64,000 nt of DNA, taken from Heterodontus francisci. Taxonomy: Eukaryota. The notes beneath the pieces are model-generated. The model did not search any database, had not been told where the DNA came from, and was given only the letters and a program-made list of their open reading frames with translations. Each line of letters opens with the position of its first letter. Position 1 is the first letter of the stretch. The stretch spans positions 108,334,407 to 108,398,406 of the forward strand of contig NC_090377.1 in assembly GCF_036365525.1 (NCBI RefSeq), read 5' to 3'. Positions 37,180 to 50,319 of the stretch are shown here, piece by piece. Position numbers and translations under genes: made by a program.

Positions 37180-40100
37180 TACAGACACAGGGAAAAGTGG
37201 GGTGGGGTGGGGGGAGGCCAGAGCCACAGGGAACATTTCTAATAGGGTAGAAGGTGGGAGAAATTAAATGACAAAAGGGATTACGGTGAATGGCAAAAGG
37301 ATGTGGGAATCAGACAAGTAAAGAAACAGAAGAGAGGTCTAGAGGAGCTGTAAATGATTAAAGAAGAATCGTCACCACCAGCTGCAGCCCAAAAAATGGG
37401 AGCATGAATGAGTTTATGATTTGAAATTGTTGAACTCAGTGTTTAGTCCGGAAAGCTGTAAAGTGCCTAATCAAAAGATGAGGTTCTGTTCCTCGAGCTT
37501 ACATTGAGCTTCATTGGAACAGTGTAGGAGGCCGAGGACAGAGAGGTTAGAGTGGGACTGCAGTGTAGAATTAAAATGACAGACGAGTGGAAGCTCGAGG
37601 TCATGTTTGCAGACTGGGAGGAGGTGTTCAGCAAAGTGATCACCCAATATGTGTTTGGTCTCCCCAGTGTAGAGGAGACCACATCGTGAGCAGTGAATAC
37701 AGTACACTAAATTGAAAGAAGTACAAGTGAATCGCTGTTTCATATGGAAGGAGAGATTGAGACCTTGGATGGTGAGAAGGGAGGAGGTAAAAAGATAGGT
37801 GTTGCTTGTGAATGTGCCATGAGAAGGGGACGGGGATAGGGATGATTGAGGAGTGGACCAGCGTGTCGCGGAGGGAGTGGTCCCTTCGGAATGCTGAAAG
37901 GGGAGGGGAGGAGAAGATGTGTTTTGTGGAATCATAGAAATTTACAGCATGAAAGGAGGCCATTTGGCCCATCATGTCATCATGACAAGGAGCCATTAGC
38001 CTAATCCCACTTTCCAGCTCTCCCATAGCCCTGTAGGTTACAGCACCTCAAGTGCATTTACAAGTATTTTTGAAATATTATGAGGTTTTCTGCCTCTACC
38101 ATCCTTTCAGGCAGTGAGTTCCAGATCCCCACCACCGTCTGGGTGAAAATATTGCCCCTCAAATCTCCTCTAAACCTCCTACTTCTTACTCTAAATCTGT
38201 GCCCCGAGGTTATGGACACCTCAACCAGGGAGATAGGCCCTTCCTATCCACTCTCTCTAGACCCCTCATAATTTTATGCACTTTAATTAGGGCTTCCCTC
38301 AGCCTCCTCTGTTCCAAAGAAAACAACCCAATTCAATCTTTCTTCATAACTAAAATTCTCCTGTCCAGGCAACCTCCTCGTAAATCTCCTCTGTACCCTC
38401 TCAAGTGCAATCACATTATTCCTATAGCGTGGTGACCAGAAATGTATGCAGTGCTACAGCTATGGCCTAACCAATGTTTTATGCAGTTCCAGTATAACCT
38501 TCCAGCTCTTATATTCTATGCCTCATCTAATTAAGACAAATATCCCATATGCCTTCTTGACTACCTTACCTACCTGTCCAGCCACCTTCAGGGATCTGTG
38601 GATATGCACACCAAGGTCCCTCTGTTCCACTACACTTCTCAGTAGCCTACCATTTATTGTGTATTCCTTTGCCTTGTTAGCCTTTCCAAAATACATTACC
38701 TCACAGTTCTCCGTATTGAACTCCATTTGCCACTGTTCCACCCACCTGACTCGTCCATTGATATCTTCCTGCAGACTACAGCTTTCCTCTTCATTGTCAA
38801 CCACACAGTCAATTTTTGTATCATCTGCAAACTTCTTAATTATACCCTCTACATTCAAATTATTGATATGTACCAAAAAAAGCAAGGGGCCTAGTCCTGA
38901 GCCCTGTGGAAATCCACTGGAAACAGCCTTCCAGTCACAAAAATGCCCATCAAACATTACTCTTTACTCCCTGCCTCTGAGCCAATTTTAGATTCAACTT
39001 GCCACTTTGCCTTGGATCCCACAAGCCTTTACTTTCTTGACCAGTCTGCCATGTGGGACCTTATCAAAGTCTTGCTACAATCCATATTGACTACAACAAA
39101 TGCATTACCCTCATCGACCATCCTTGTTACCTCCTCAACAAGTTCAATCATCTTCGTCAGACTTAACGTTCCCTTATCAATTCCATGATGACTCTATTTG
39201 ATTAATACGTATCTTTTTTTTAACGAAGATTTATCCTGTCCCTCAGAATTTTTTCCAATAATTTTCCCACCACCCAAGTTAGGCTGACTGGCTTGTAATT
39301 ACTCGGTCTATTCCTTTCTCCCTTTTTAAACAGTGGAACAACATTAGCTGTCCTCCAGTCCTCTGGTACCACACCTGTAGCCAGAGAGGATTGGAAAATG
39401 ATGGTCAGAGCCTCTGCTATTTCTTTTTTTGCACGCCTTAATAGCCTGGGATACATTTTATCTGGGCCTGTGGATTTAACCACTTTCAAAGATTTAAACC
39501 CTTGAATACTTCTTCTCAGACTATGTTAATTTCATCTAATATTTCACACTCCTCCTCCCTGATTGCAATGTCTGTATCATCCCTCTCTTTTGTGAACCAT
39601 ACCATCGCCCTCTACCTCCACTCACAGGCTACCTTTTTGGCCCCTAATAGGCCCTACTCTTTCTTTAGTTAGTCTCTTGCTCTTTATGTGTTTATTATAA
39701 ATCTTTGGGTATTCCTTGCCAAAATCTTGTCATGCCATTTCTTTGCTTTCCTAATCGTCTTTTTAATTTCACCCCTGCACTTTCTATACTCCTCTAGGTT
39801 TTCTGCAGTATTGAGCTCTCGGTATCTGTCATAAGCTTCCCTTTTTTTCTCTATCCTGTCCTTTAAGCCCCTTGACATTCAGTGGGTTCTGGATTTGTTA
39901 GTCCAACCCTTTTCCTTAAAGGGAACATATTTGCTCTGAACCCTCACTGTCTCTTCCTTGAATGCCTCCCACTGATCTGGCACTGATTTACGTTCATGTC
40001 GCTGTTTACAGTCCACTTTAGCTAAATCGTATCTCAACATAGCAAAATTAGCTTTTCTCCAATTGAGGACTTTTATTCCTGGTTTATCTTGGTCCTTCTC

Positions 40101-41575
40101 CATAACCTTCTCCAGCTTCATTCCCTAGAACTATGTCCAGAACCGTCCTCTCTCTTGTTGGGCTTGCTGGACTGAAAAAGTTCTCCTGAATGCATTTTAA
40201 GAATTCTGTCCCTTTGTGCCTTTCATACTGATTTAATCGCAGTTAATATTATGGTAGTTGAAATTCCCCACTGTTACTGCCCTATTGTTTTTGCACTTCT
40301 CAGAGATTTGCCGACATATTTGCTCTTTTATTTCCTTCTGCTTGTTTGGGGGTCTATAGTACACTCCCAGTAGTGTGATCATCCCTTGTTTGTTCTTTTG
40401 TTCAACCCATATGAGCTCATTTGATGATTCTTTGACCATATCATCCTTCTTCATAGCTATCAGCATCAAGCTGGAGGTGGCACAAATGTCAGAGGAGCAT
40501 TTACTGAATGTGGAGGTTGGTGGGTGGAAGGTGAGGACAAGGGGAATGCTATCATGGTTCTGGGAGGGAGGGCAAGGGATGAGAGCAGAAGGGAGAAAAA
40601 AAGGACAGAAACAATCGAGAACCCTGCCAACCATAGTGGAGGGGAATCCTTGGTTGAGGAAAAAGGGAGAGATATTGGAAGCGCTGGTATGGAAGGTTGC
40701 ATCATCAGAACGGATACAATGGAGATGGAGAAACTAGGAGAATGGAGTAGAATCCTCACAGGAAGTGGAGTCTAGTCACAGGCAGTGAAATCTAGTTGAG
40801 GTAGCTGTGGGAGTCTGTTGCCTCATAGTGAATATTGGTTCATAGTCTATCCCCAGAAATGGAGACAGAGAAGTTGAGGAAGGGAAGGGAAGAGTCAATG
40901 GGAAACAAAATCCATGAAATTATCCAGTTCTGGGCGAGAGCAGGAAGAGGCACCGATATAGTCATCAATGTACTGGAAAAGAAGTGAGGGAGGAGGCCTC
41001 AGTAAGACTGGAAAATATCCCACAAAAAGGCAGGCATAGCTGGGACCCAAGTGGGTTCCCATAGCTACATATTTTATTTGGAGGAAGTGAGTGGAGTTGA
41101 AGGGAAAATTGTTCAATGTGAGAATAAGTTCAGCCAGGCAGTGGAGGGTGGTGGTGGATGGCCCTCTATTCAAGGAAGAAATAGAGAGCCTGTAGACTGT
41201 CTTCGTGGGTTATGGAGACTAAAGTGTTTTGATGTCCATGATGGAAAGGAGATAGTTAGGGCGAGGAAACTGGAAACTGTTAAAGTGGCAGAGGGCATTG
41301 GAAGAATCAAGGATGTAGCTGGGAAGAGACTGGACAAGAGGAGAAAAAATACAGTCGGTAGGAAAAAATCAGTTTAGTGGGGCAGGAACAGGCTGAAATG
41401 ATGAATCTACCATGGCAATCCAATTGGAAATTAGGTAGATGCAGACTGTGCATGTTTTGAGGACTATGGGGCCCTGGAAAGGAGATCTTCAGAGGAGATG
41501 AGGTCAGTGACAGACTTGAAAATCATAGCTCAATGTTCAGTGGTGAAGTCATGGTCCGGGGGAGATAGGAGGAGG
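37180..41575 (-). mobile_element. Penelope-like retroelement (RT plus GIY-YIG endonuclease), split by a CR1 at about 37926-40460
   Basis: GIY-YIG: FTCTSFNLVYCIHCSRCGLLYTGETKH...FAEH (37471-37935). RT: VAMGTHLGPSYACLFVG and FQYIDD (40895-41173). Confidence 0.88.
37926..40460 (-). mobile_element. CR1 LINE ORF2 (endonuclease to 3' tail) nested in the Penelope element
   Basis: GVYYRPP, GNFNY, NYKPVSL and KFADDTK motifs. Confidence 0.9.
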
Positions 41576-42849
41576 TTTCGAGTAGAGGTCAGTGCGCCAA
41601 ACAACAACAGAGTTGTGGTGAATGGTCATTTTTTTCAGACCGGAGGGAGGTATACAGAGGTGTTCCCTAGGGCTCAGTACTTGGATCACTGCTGTTTTGA
41701 TATACATTAATGACTTGGTCTTTGGGGCTACAGGGAACAATTTCAAAATTTGCAGATGACCTAGTTCTTAATTCGACTTTGCCCTGTGTTTAAAAAGGCC
41801 ATGAAAAGTCATCATTTTCAAGCGTTTATTGTTCATCAGAGTACACAGTCTTACATAGCGTGCATAGGCATACCCAAATGCTAAGCAATTGTAGCTTGCA
41901 CACACAGAGATGCAAACTCACACACATACACACACAAATGCACAGACACACACGCTCCCCTTTTTATATCCTTACAATAATTCAAAAAATATTGGGCCTT
42001 ACTAAACCAATCACTAACTTACACCCAAAATCTAATACCCAATTACAGGGATGCTACATAAACAGTATCCCTGTTTGCGCAGGTTTCGATCGCCTGACCC
42101 ACCTTAGATCATCTAATTTGACCATCAGGCAGAGCTGTATTTTAACACTGGAGATGTATGAAGTCCTCAATGGCTAATGATCCCGGAGTTTGAAGTTCAG
42201 CTCAGAGTGAAACAGAACATTGTAACTCTAACTGTAAGAATCTGCCTGAGCAAGAGGTAAAGAAAGGGATTTAAGGAGCACAGTTTGGGGTAAACACAAA
42301 CAGGTTGGCTGTTATCCTCAAGACTTTCAACATTATCCAACATATAGAAGCCCCAAATGCTTGACAAGAGGTTCAGGGGCAGTAGTCCAGAAAGGGGGCT
42401 ACATCTTGTTTCATTTGATTTAGGAAATTATTCACCAGAAAGTAAACCATTACAAGTGGGCTGAACCCATCAAACTGAGAACGATTTTACTTTGTAAAAG
42501 AATGCTGCAATTTTACCTTTGAACTTGCATAAAACAGCGCAACATGGGCAGAGTGTGCTTTCCTCATTAAAACTTCCTGCACCCTATCAATGAATGATTC
42601 ATTTGAAATATGTTCCCTGTTATCGTGCAGTGATTATAAAACATAAAATACTGATGTAATATCCCACAGAGAAGCCTCAACAGTGAGGTGTTCATTTCTG
42701 CTCACTGAATATTAAGTGCTTTTGAGCGCAGGGTTACGGGAAGAAGGCAGGGAAATAGGACTAAGTGAATTGCTCATTTGGAGAGCGGGTGTAGACACGA
42801 TGAGCCAATTGGCCTCCTTCTGTGCTGAAACAATTCTGTGATTCTGAGT

Positions 42850-45480
42850 GACTGATTATCTTAGAAGGTTCCTCAAATGAGGCCTTTTGGGAAGAACTTA
42901 AAAACAAAAAGGGGGCAATCACTTGGTTGGGAACCTACTACAGGCCTCCAAACAGTCTGGGAGAGATAGAGGAGCAGATATGTAGGCAAATCTCAGAGAG
43001 GTGTAAAAATAATAGGGTAATAATAGTAGGCAATTTCAACTTCCCTAATATCAACTGGGATAGTCTTAGTGCAAAAGGCTTAAATGGGGGCAGAATTCTT
43101 AAAATGCATACAGGAGAGCTTTTTGAGCCAGTACGTAGAAAGCCTTACTAGAGAAGGGGCGGTACTGGACCTAATCCTAGGGAATGAAGCCGGACAAGTG
43201 ATAGAAGTGTCAGTGGGTGAGCATTTCGGGGATAGTGACCATAACTCTGTAAGATTTAAGGCAGTTAAGGAAAAAGATGGACCAGAAATAAAGGTACTGA
43301 ATTGGGGGAAGGATGATTTCAATATGATAAAACAGGATCTGGCCAAAGTGGACGGGGAGCAGCTACTTGTAGGAAAGTCGACATCAGATCAGTGGGAGTC
43401 ATTCAAAGAGGAAATAGTGAGGGTTCAGAGCCAACATGTACCCTTTACAGTGAAGGGTAGGACCAACAGGGAACCCTGGATCTCAAGAGATATTGAGGAT
43501 TGGACCAGGAAAAATAAGGAGGCTTATGGCAGATTCAGAGCACTGAAAACAGTGGAGGAACTAGAAGAGTGTAGAAAATGTTGGGGGGGGTACTAAAAAA
43601 AGTAATTAGGAGAGCGAAGAGGGGACATGAAAAAACACTGGCAGGGAAGATAAAGGAAAATCCCAAGGCATTTAATAAGTTTATTAAGGGCAAGAGGATC
43701 ACCAGGGAAAGAGTAGGGCCCATTAGGTACCAAAGTGGCAATCTGTATGTGGAGCCGGAGGACATAGGTGAGGTTTTAAATGAATACCTTTCATCTGTCT
43801 TCACTATGGAGAAGGATGATGTCGTTGTTGAGATCAGGGACGGGGATTCTGATATACTTGAACATATTAGCATTGAAGGGGAGGAAGTATGAGCTGTTTT
43901 AGCGGGCTTAAAAGTGGATAAATCCTCAGGCCCAGATGAGATGTATCCAAGGCTGTTAAGTGAGGCAAGGGAGGAGATAGCAGGGGCTCTAGCACAAATT
44001 TTCAAATCCTCTCTGGCCACAGGAGAGGCACCAGAGGATTGGAGGACAGTGAATCTGGTACCATTATTCAAGAATGGTAGCAGGGATAAACCATGTAATT
44101 ACAGGCCAGTGAGTCTAACATCAGTGGTAGGGAAACTATTGGAAAGAATTCTGAGGGACAGGATTAATCTCCACTTGGAGAGGCAGGGATTAATCAGGGA
44201 TAGTCAGCACGGCTTTGTCAGGGGAAGATCGTGTCTAAGTAACTTGACTGAATTTTTCGAGGTGGTGGCTAGGTGTGTAGATAAGGGTCAAGCAGTTGAT
44301 GTAGTCTGCATGAACGTCAGTAAGGTTTTTGATAAGCCCCACGCGGGAGATTGGTTAAGAAGGTAAGAGCCCATGGGATCAAGGGCAATTTGGCAAATTG
44401 GATCCAAAATTGGCTTAGTGGCAGGAGGCAGAGGGTAATGGTCGAGGGTTGTTTTTGCAAGTGGAAGCCTGTGACCAGTGGTGTACCACAGGGATCGGTA
44501 CTGGGACCCTTGCTGTTTGTAGTGTATATTAATGATTTGAACCTGAATATAGGAGGTATGATTAGTAAGTTTGCAGATGACACGAAAATTGGTGGTGCTG
44601 TAAATAGTAAGTAGGAAAGCCTTAGATTACAGGACGATATAGATGGGCTGGTAAGATGGGCGGAGCAGTGGTAAATGGAATTTAATCCTGAGCAGTGTGA
44701 GGTGATGCATTTTGGGAGGACTAACAAGGTAAGGGAATATACAATGGATGGTAGAACACTAGCTAGTACAGAGGGTCAGAGGGACCTTGGTGTACTTGTC
44801 CATGGATCACTGAAGGCAGCAGCACAGGTAGATAAAATGGTTAGGAAGGCATATGGGATGCTTGTCTTTATTAGCCAAGGCATAGAATATAAAAACAGGG
44901 AGTTTATGATGGAGCTGTAGAAAACGCTAGTTAGGCTACAGCTGGAGTACTGTGTACAGTTCTGAGCACCACACTATAGGAAGGATGTGATTGTCCTGGA
45001 GAGGATGCAGAGGAGATTCACCAGGATGTTGCCAGGGCTAGAGCATTTCAGCTATGAAGAGAGACCGATATGGCTAGGGTTGTTTTCCTTGGAGCAGAGA
45101 AGGCTGAGGGGAAACCTGATTGAGGTATACAAAATTATGAGGGGCATTGATCAGTTAGATTTGAAGAAACTTCTTCCCTTAGCAGGGAAACCTGGGGGCA
45201 TAGATTTAAGGTAAGGGGCAGGAGGTTTAGAGGGGTTTTGAGGAAAAACTTTTTCACTCAGAGGGTGGTTGCAAGTGGAATGCACTGTCTGAGGTAGAGG
45301 CAGGAACCCTCACAACATTAAGAAGTATTTAGATGAGCACTTGAAATGCCGTAGCATACAAGGCTACTGGCCAAGTTCTGGAAAATGGGATTAGAATAGT
45401 TAGGTTTTTGATGGTTGGTACAGACACGATGGGCCGAAGGGCCTGTTTCTGAGCTGTATAAATCTATGACCATATGACTC
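42850..45480 (+). mobile_element. Near-complete CR1 ORF2 (decayed)
   Basis: [30 protein letters not shown] and KFADDTK; ctatgac tail. Confidence 0.93.
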
Positions 45481-46215
45481 TATGGCTGTATGGTGTGAGA
45501 GTAAGGGGAGAGGTACACAGTTTATGGTGTGACAGTAAGGGGAGGGGTACAAAGTCTATGGTGTGACAGCAAGGGGAAGGGTACACATCATCAGAACCTA
45601 AGATCATAAGAAATAGGAGCAGAAGTAGGCCATACGGCCCATTGAGCCTGCTCTGCCATTTAATATGATCATAGCTGATCTTTGGCTTCAACTGCACATT
45701 CGCGTCCACTCCCCATATCCCTATCCCAGCCTTAAATATATTCAACGATGTTACATCCGCTACCCTCTCAAGCAGAGAATTCCAAAGATTCACATCCCTT
45801 TGAGTGAAGAAATTTCTCCTCATCTCAGTCCGAAATGATTCCCCCCTTATCCTGTGACTGTGCCCCCATATTTTAGATTTCCTAGCTGGTGGAAACAAAT
45901 CTTAGTGTCTCTCCTGTTCAGTGCCTTTAGAATCTTGTAAATTTCAATGAGATCACCTGTTATTCTTCTAAACTCCAGCGAATTTAGGCCTAATTAACTC
46001 AGCCTCTCATCATCTCATCAAAACACTGTACAATTGTAGCAAGACATCTTTATTCGTGTACTCCAACCCCCTTTCAATAAAGAGGTATACAGTCTATGGT
46101 GAGACAGTAAGGGGAGGAGTACATAGTCCATGCTATGATAGTAAGAGAAGTGGGCTCACTGTCTATGGTTTGGCAGTAAGGGTAAAGGGTTCAATCTCTT
46201 TGGTGTGAGAAACAG
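45481..46215 (+). repeat. 34-bp minisatellite split by a CR1 fragment (-, about 45595-46080)
   Basis: Unit tatggtgtgacagtaaggggaggggtacacagtc, about 3 copies at 45489-45587 and about 4 degenerate copies at 46083-46215. Confidence 0.8.
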
Positions 46216-46753
46216 GGGCTATGATGCTGCAAAGGCACTTTTCAGAAAATGTTAAAACTCTTCTTTTGCGACAGAGCTTCAGGATTTTCTGATTTGCATT
46301 CCCAAACCTGCTCTCTCAGTGGCCTCACTTTTCTGATCCAGTCAGATCGGTTCAGTGATCAGTTCCATTGAGGAAGCCAGCTCTTTCATTTTTGATGCTT
46401 CCCCTTCCACTGATTTAGTAATGCTGGATATCAGAAGGCAACAGCATTCCTGACGCCCAGTGCTGTTAAAATGTTAATGTTGGGAAATATGGCATGAGAT
46501 AAAGTCCCGACTCTCATCTACAATTTGTCTTTGGGCAGTCCAGCTGTCCCTTCCATTGATATGCAATGTAACAGTTACCTGATGATAAAACAATATCCTG
46601 TGTTAATAAACCCCCTTGATGTTTACAGTGTCCTGGCACTCATGCAAGTGACCGTTAGTTCAATATTCCACTTTTGATGGTGATTCACTATTATAAAATC
46701 CGTTCTATTTTGGAGCAGTTACTGAATTACAATACCACCCTCTATATCTGTAG

Positions 46754-47887
46754 GAAATTGCTACTTGCATGAGTTGGGTCATGCTTGACGGGGACATGGT
46801 CACGAGTGTTGAAATAGAATGCAGGAACATAACCTTGGGAACGACAGCACCAACATCATCGACTCCAGCACCAACATCATTGACCCCCGCACCAACATCA
46901 TCGACCCCGGCACCAACATCATCGACTCCAGCACCAACATCATCGACTCCAGCACCAACATCATCGACCCCCGCACCAACATCATCGACCCCGGCACCAA
47001 CATCATCGACTCCAGCACCAACATCATCGACTCCAGCACCAACATCATTGACCCCCGCACCAACATCATCGACCCCGGCACCAACATCATCGACTCCAGC
47101 ACCAACATCATCGACTCCAGCACCAACATCATCGACCCCCGCACCAACATCATCGACCCCGGCACCAACATCATCGACCCCGGCACCAACATCATCGACT
47201 CCAGCACCAACATCATCGACTCCAGCACCAACATCATCGACTCCAGCACTGACATCATCGACTCTAACATCATCGATAACTCCAACACAAAGATCATCGA
47301 CTCCAACATCAACATCAGCATCGTCGACTCCAGCACCGACATCATCGATAACTCCAACACTAACATTATCAACAACTGCAACACCAACATCAACACAAAC
47401 ACAAACATCAACACCAACACCAACATCAACACAAACATCAACACCAACACCAACACAAACATCAACTGCAACACCAACATCAACACAAACATCAACACCA
47501 ACACCAACATCAACTGCAACACCAACATCAACACAAACATCAACACCAACACCAACATCAACACAAACATCAACACCAACACCAACATCAACTGCAACAC
47601 CAACATCAACACAAACATCAACACCAACACCAACATCAACACAAACATCAACACCAACACCAACACCAACATCAACTGCAACACCAACATCAACTGCAAC
47701 ACCAACATCAACACAAACATCAACACCAACACCAACATCAACTGCAACACCAACATCAACACAAATGTCAACACCAACACCAACAACAAGAACAACAAAA
47801 AAGAAATTACCACCGTTGTCATCGTCATCAGAAAGCAGTGAATCATCATCAGAAAGCAACGAATCATCAGGACGATGCAGTTGGAAG
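46754..47887 (+). CDS. SPP2: SPP2-like gene exon 4: second cystatin disulfide loop, mucin-like PTS repeats and S-x-E serine cluster
   Basis: ctgtag|GAA...AAG|gtaaat, 1134 nt open in phase 0: [31 protein letters not shown]-(APTSSTP)19-...-([14 protein letters not shown])[31 protein letters not shown]. The C-x17-C loop has the spp24 spacing. Confidence 0.85.
46847..47245 (+). repeat. Coding minisatellite, 19 x 21 nt (APTSSTP) with 84-nt and 168-nt higher-order structure
   Basis: GCACCAACATCATCGAC(T/C)CC(A/C/G) units. Variants cycle every 4 units, and the TTG variant recurs at units 2 and 10. Confidence 0.95.
47375..47785 (+). repeat. Coding Thr-rich tandem repeat (mixed 24/18-nt units: [16 protein letters not shown])
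   Basis: ACACCAACATCAACACAAACATCA and ACACCAACATCAACTGCA units, all in frame. Confidence 0.9.
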
Positions 47888-48089
47888 GTAAATCATAGAT
47901 TTTAAAAAAAATTATAGCTAAATGAAGTTATGACCTTCAAAGTTCTGAAAACCCGTTTTAGTTTTAACAGTTTAAGTACGGCTGATTTTCAGTGCAAAAA
48001 ATCGTGGAAATTGCTATGTCTTATTTTATGCTGCCTCTAAATTGCACTGATTCTGTCCAACCTCTGCTGAAACTGTCTGCCACTCACTA

Positions 48090-48872
48090 ACATAAGAACA
48101 TAAAGAATACAAGCAGGAAATAAGGCATAATACCCCTCGCTCCTACTCTGCCATTCAGTAAGATCATGGCTGATCTTCTACTCAATTTCACTTTCGCACC
48201 CAATCTTCACAACCCTTGATTTCCTTAATACTCAAAAATCCATCAAACTCAGCCTTGAATATACTCATCAATTGAGCATCCACAGCTGTCTAGGGTAGAG
48301 AATTCTCAACTCTCTGAGTGAAGAAAATTCTCCTCTTCCCAGTCCTAATTATCCCTTATCCTGAAACTATGACCCCTGGTTCTTGAATCTCCAGCCAGGG
48401 GAGATACCCTGTTAAGCCCTCGAAGAATTGTATATGTCTTGCTGACATCACATCTCATTCTTCTAAACTCCAGAGTATAGTAGGTCTACTCCACTGAAAC
48501 TCTCTTTAGAAGACAGCTCTTTCATCGAGTGAACCTTCATTACACACTCTAAAGGCAAGTATATCCTTTCCTTGGTAAGGAGACCAAAACTGTACACAGT
48601 ACTCCAGGTGTGGTCTCACCAATGCCCTGCACAATTGGCCTAAGACTTCCTTACTCTTATACACCAACCCTCCTGCAATGAAGGCAACCTACCTAATTGC
48701 CTTCCTAATTGCTTGCTGAACCTGCATGTTAACTCTCTGTGATTCATGTACAATGATGCCCTGAATCCTCTGAATCCCAACATTTACTAGTCTCTTCCCT
48801 TTCAAAAAATATCCTGCTTTTCCATTCTTCCGACCATAATGGATAATTTCACACTTCCTACAATATAGTTCT
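48090..48872 (-). mobile_element. CR1 3' fragment
   Basis: KCEIIHYGRKN...VHESQRVNMQVQQAIRKA; cataagaacataaag tail. Confidence 0.85.
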
Positions 48873-49769
48873 GCCGCCAGAGAAAACTGAAGCTCATACA
48901 AATTTCTTGAATTCGCACCTGTTCTGAATGGGCTATACATTTAAGCCTAACATTGAAGCATACCAGGATCCAAACTTATATTTAGTTTTTTTCATGATGT
49001 CTTTCTTAAATTTATTTTAATTTTTTGCCCATTGATATCTACAATGCATTTTCTGTCTCCATAAATGCATCTTCATTGTACTCGAATGATTTGCATTAAG
49101 AATTCCATGAATCATTAAAACACTTCATGAGTACATTTTCTGAAACATGTTATGCCAAATGTGCATAAAAGGTTGTTTGGGAGCTTCAAACTTTAATTTT
49201 CATTGTTAAAGAAGGACTTTGGCATGAGTTTAGCACTTGCCTGGTGCTCCAATTGTTTACTTTGATAATCCACTTATTTCACGCTTATTTTACATTCTGG
49301 CGATTGCTCATAATAATCTCAGAGAATCCAAACTTAAATCGTCAACAGGAAGTTCTGCATAAATTTCAGCTTAACTTGTTGGTTATTCCATTTCAGAAAT
49401 TCCTAAACAAGTCCTTTGGAAAGCAGGAAACAGAGGGTGGAGCTATTTGAGTCCACTGATCACTGGTAGGGCAGAACATGCCATAAGTGGCTTGCCAGAA
49501 AATTATTGGTGAGACGCCTGCAAAATTCCTGTGTTAATGCCAACGGATAGGCAGTGCACCCATAATTTTGCAATTAGCTGCTCACTGCATATGAGGACCT
49601 GGCAGCGTCGAGAGGGTTTGGAAACCTCAGCCCCTTTTCTCAGAGAGAAAAAGGGTGGATTCTTATATAAAGCTGGCACAGTGACTCCATAATCAGATCA
49701 CTGATGACAGCACTTGGTATCTTTTCAAACCCAGTGACTGTGACTGCTTAAACCCACAATGCACACTAT

Positions 49770-50110
49770 TTCTTTCAGCAAATACAGCAAGCATCTTGCT
49801 CATAGTGAGGTCTCATAAATAGCATGTGATATCAGTGAGCAATTAATCTGTCTTTGGTGGTGCTGGTTGAGGGAGCAGGTGTTAGCCAGGAGAGCTCCCT
49901 ACTCTTCTTTGGGTAACATTGTGGGATCTTGTATGTTCACCTACATGAGCAGATGGTCTCTGTTTGACATCTCATCTAAAGATTTGCACCACTGACCATA
50001 CAGCAATCCCCCAGTGCTGCCCTGAAACTAGATTATGTACTCCAATCCTGCAGTGGAGATTGATCCCATGATCATTTGTCTCCAAGGAAGGTGCTGTATT
50101 ACTGAGCTGA
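49770..50110 (-). mobile_element. Deu-domain SINE, diverged
   Basis: ggttgaggga...gggatcttgtatgttcaccta...gacatctcatctaaaga, the same family as 28840-29160. Confidence 0.65.
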
Positions 50111-50319
50111 GCTGGCACACTAACACCTGAGGCAGATTTAAACCTGTCTTTGGAAGATATGTCACTGAAGCCTAAAACTGGACAATTGCAAGTTTGACTG
50201 CAAGTTAGACCTGATTGGTTAGTAGAGGCGGGTTCTTCAGATATTCTGTTCTAGAAATCTCTGTATAAAAAACCTTGTTTTCTCTGGACTGAAGATATAA
50301 ATGATACATTTTAATTTAG

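Noticed and set aside
42850-45480. Active LINE ORF2
   Set aside because: Multiple stops and frameshifts. No CR1 copy in the window is intact.
46847-47245. Regular 21-nt repeats as a CRISPR-like array
   Set aside because: Head-to-tail tandem units with no unique spacers, in a eukaryotic coding context.
46705-47867. Long antisense ORFs (384 aa V/D/G-rich, 355 aa M/L/V-rich) and the alternative sense ORF (340 aa N/I/T-rich)
   Set aside because: These are shadows of the stop-free repeat. Only the PTS frame is bounded by in-phase splice sites, continues the cystatin domain and shows synonymous repeat variation.
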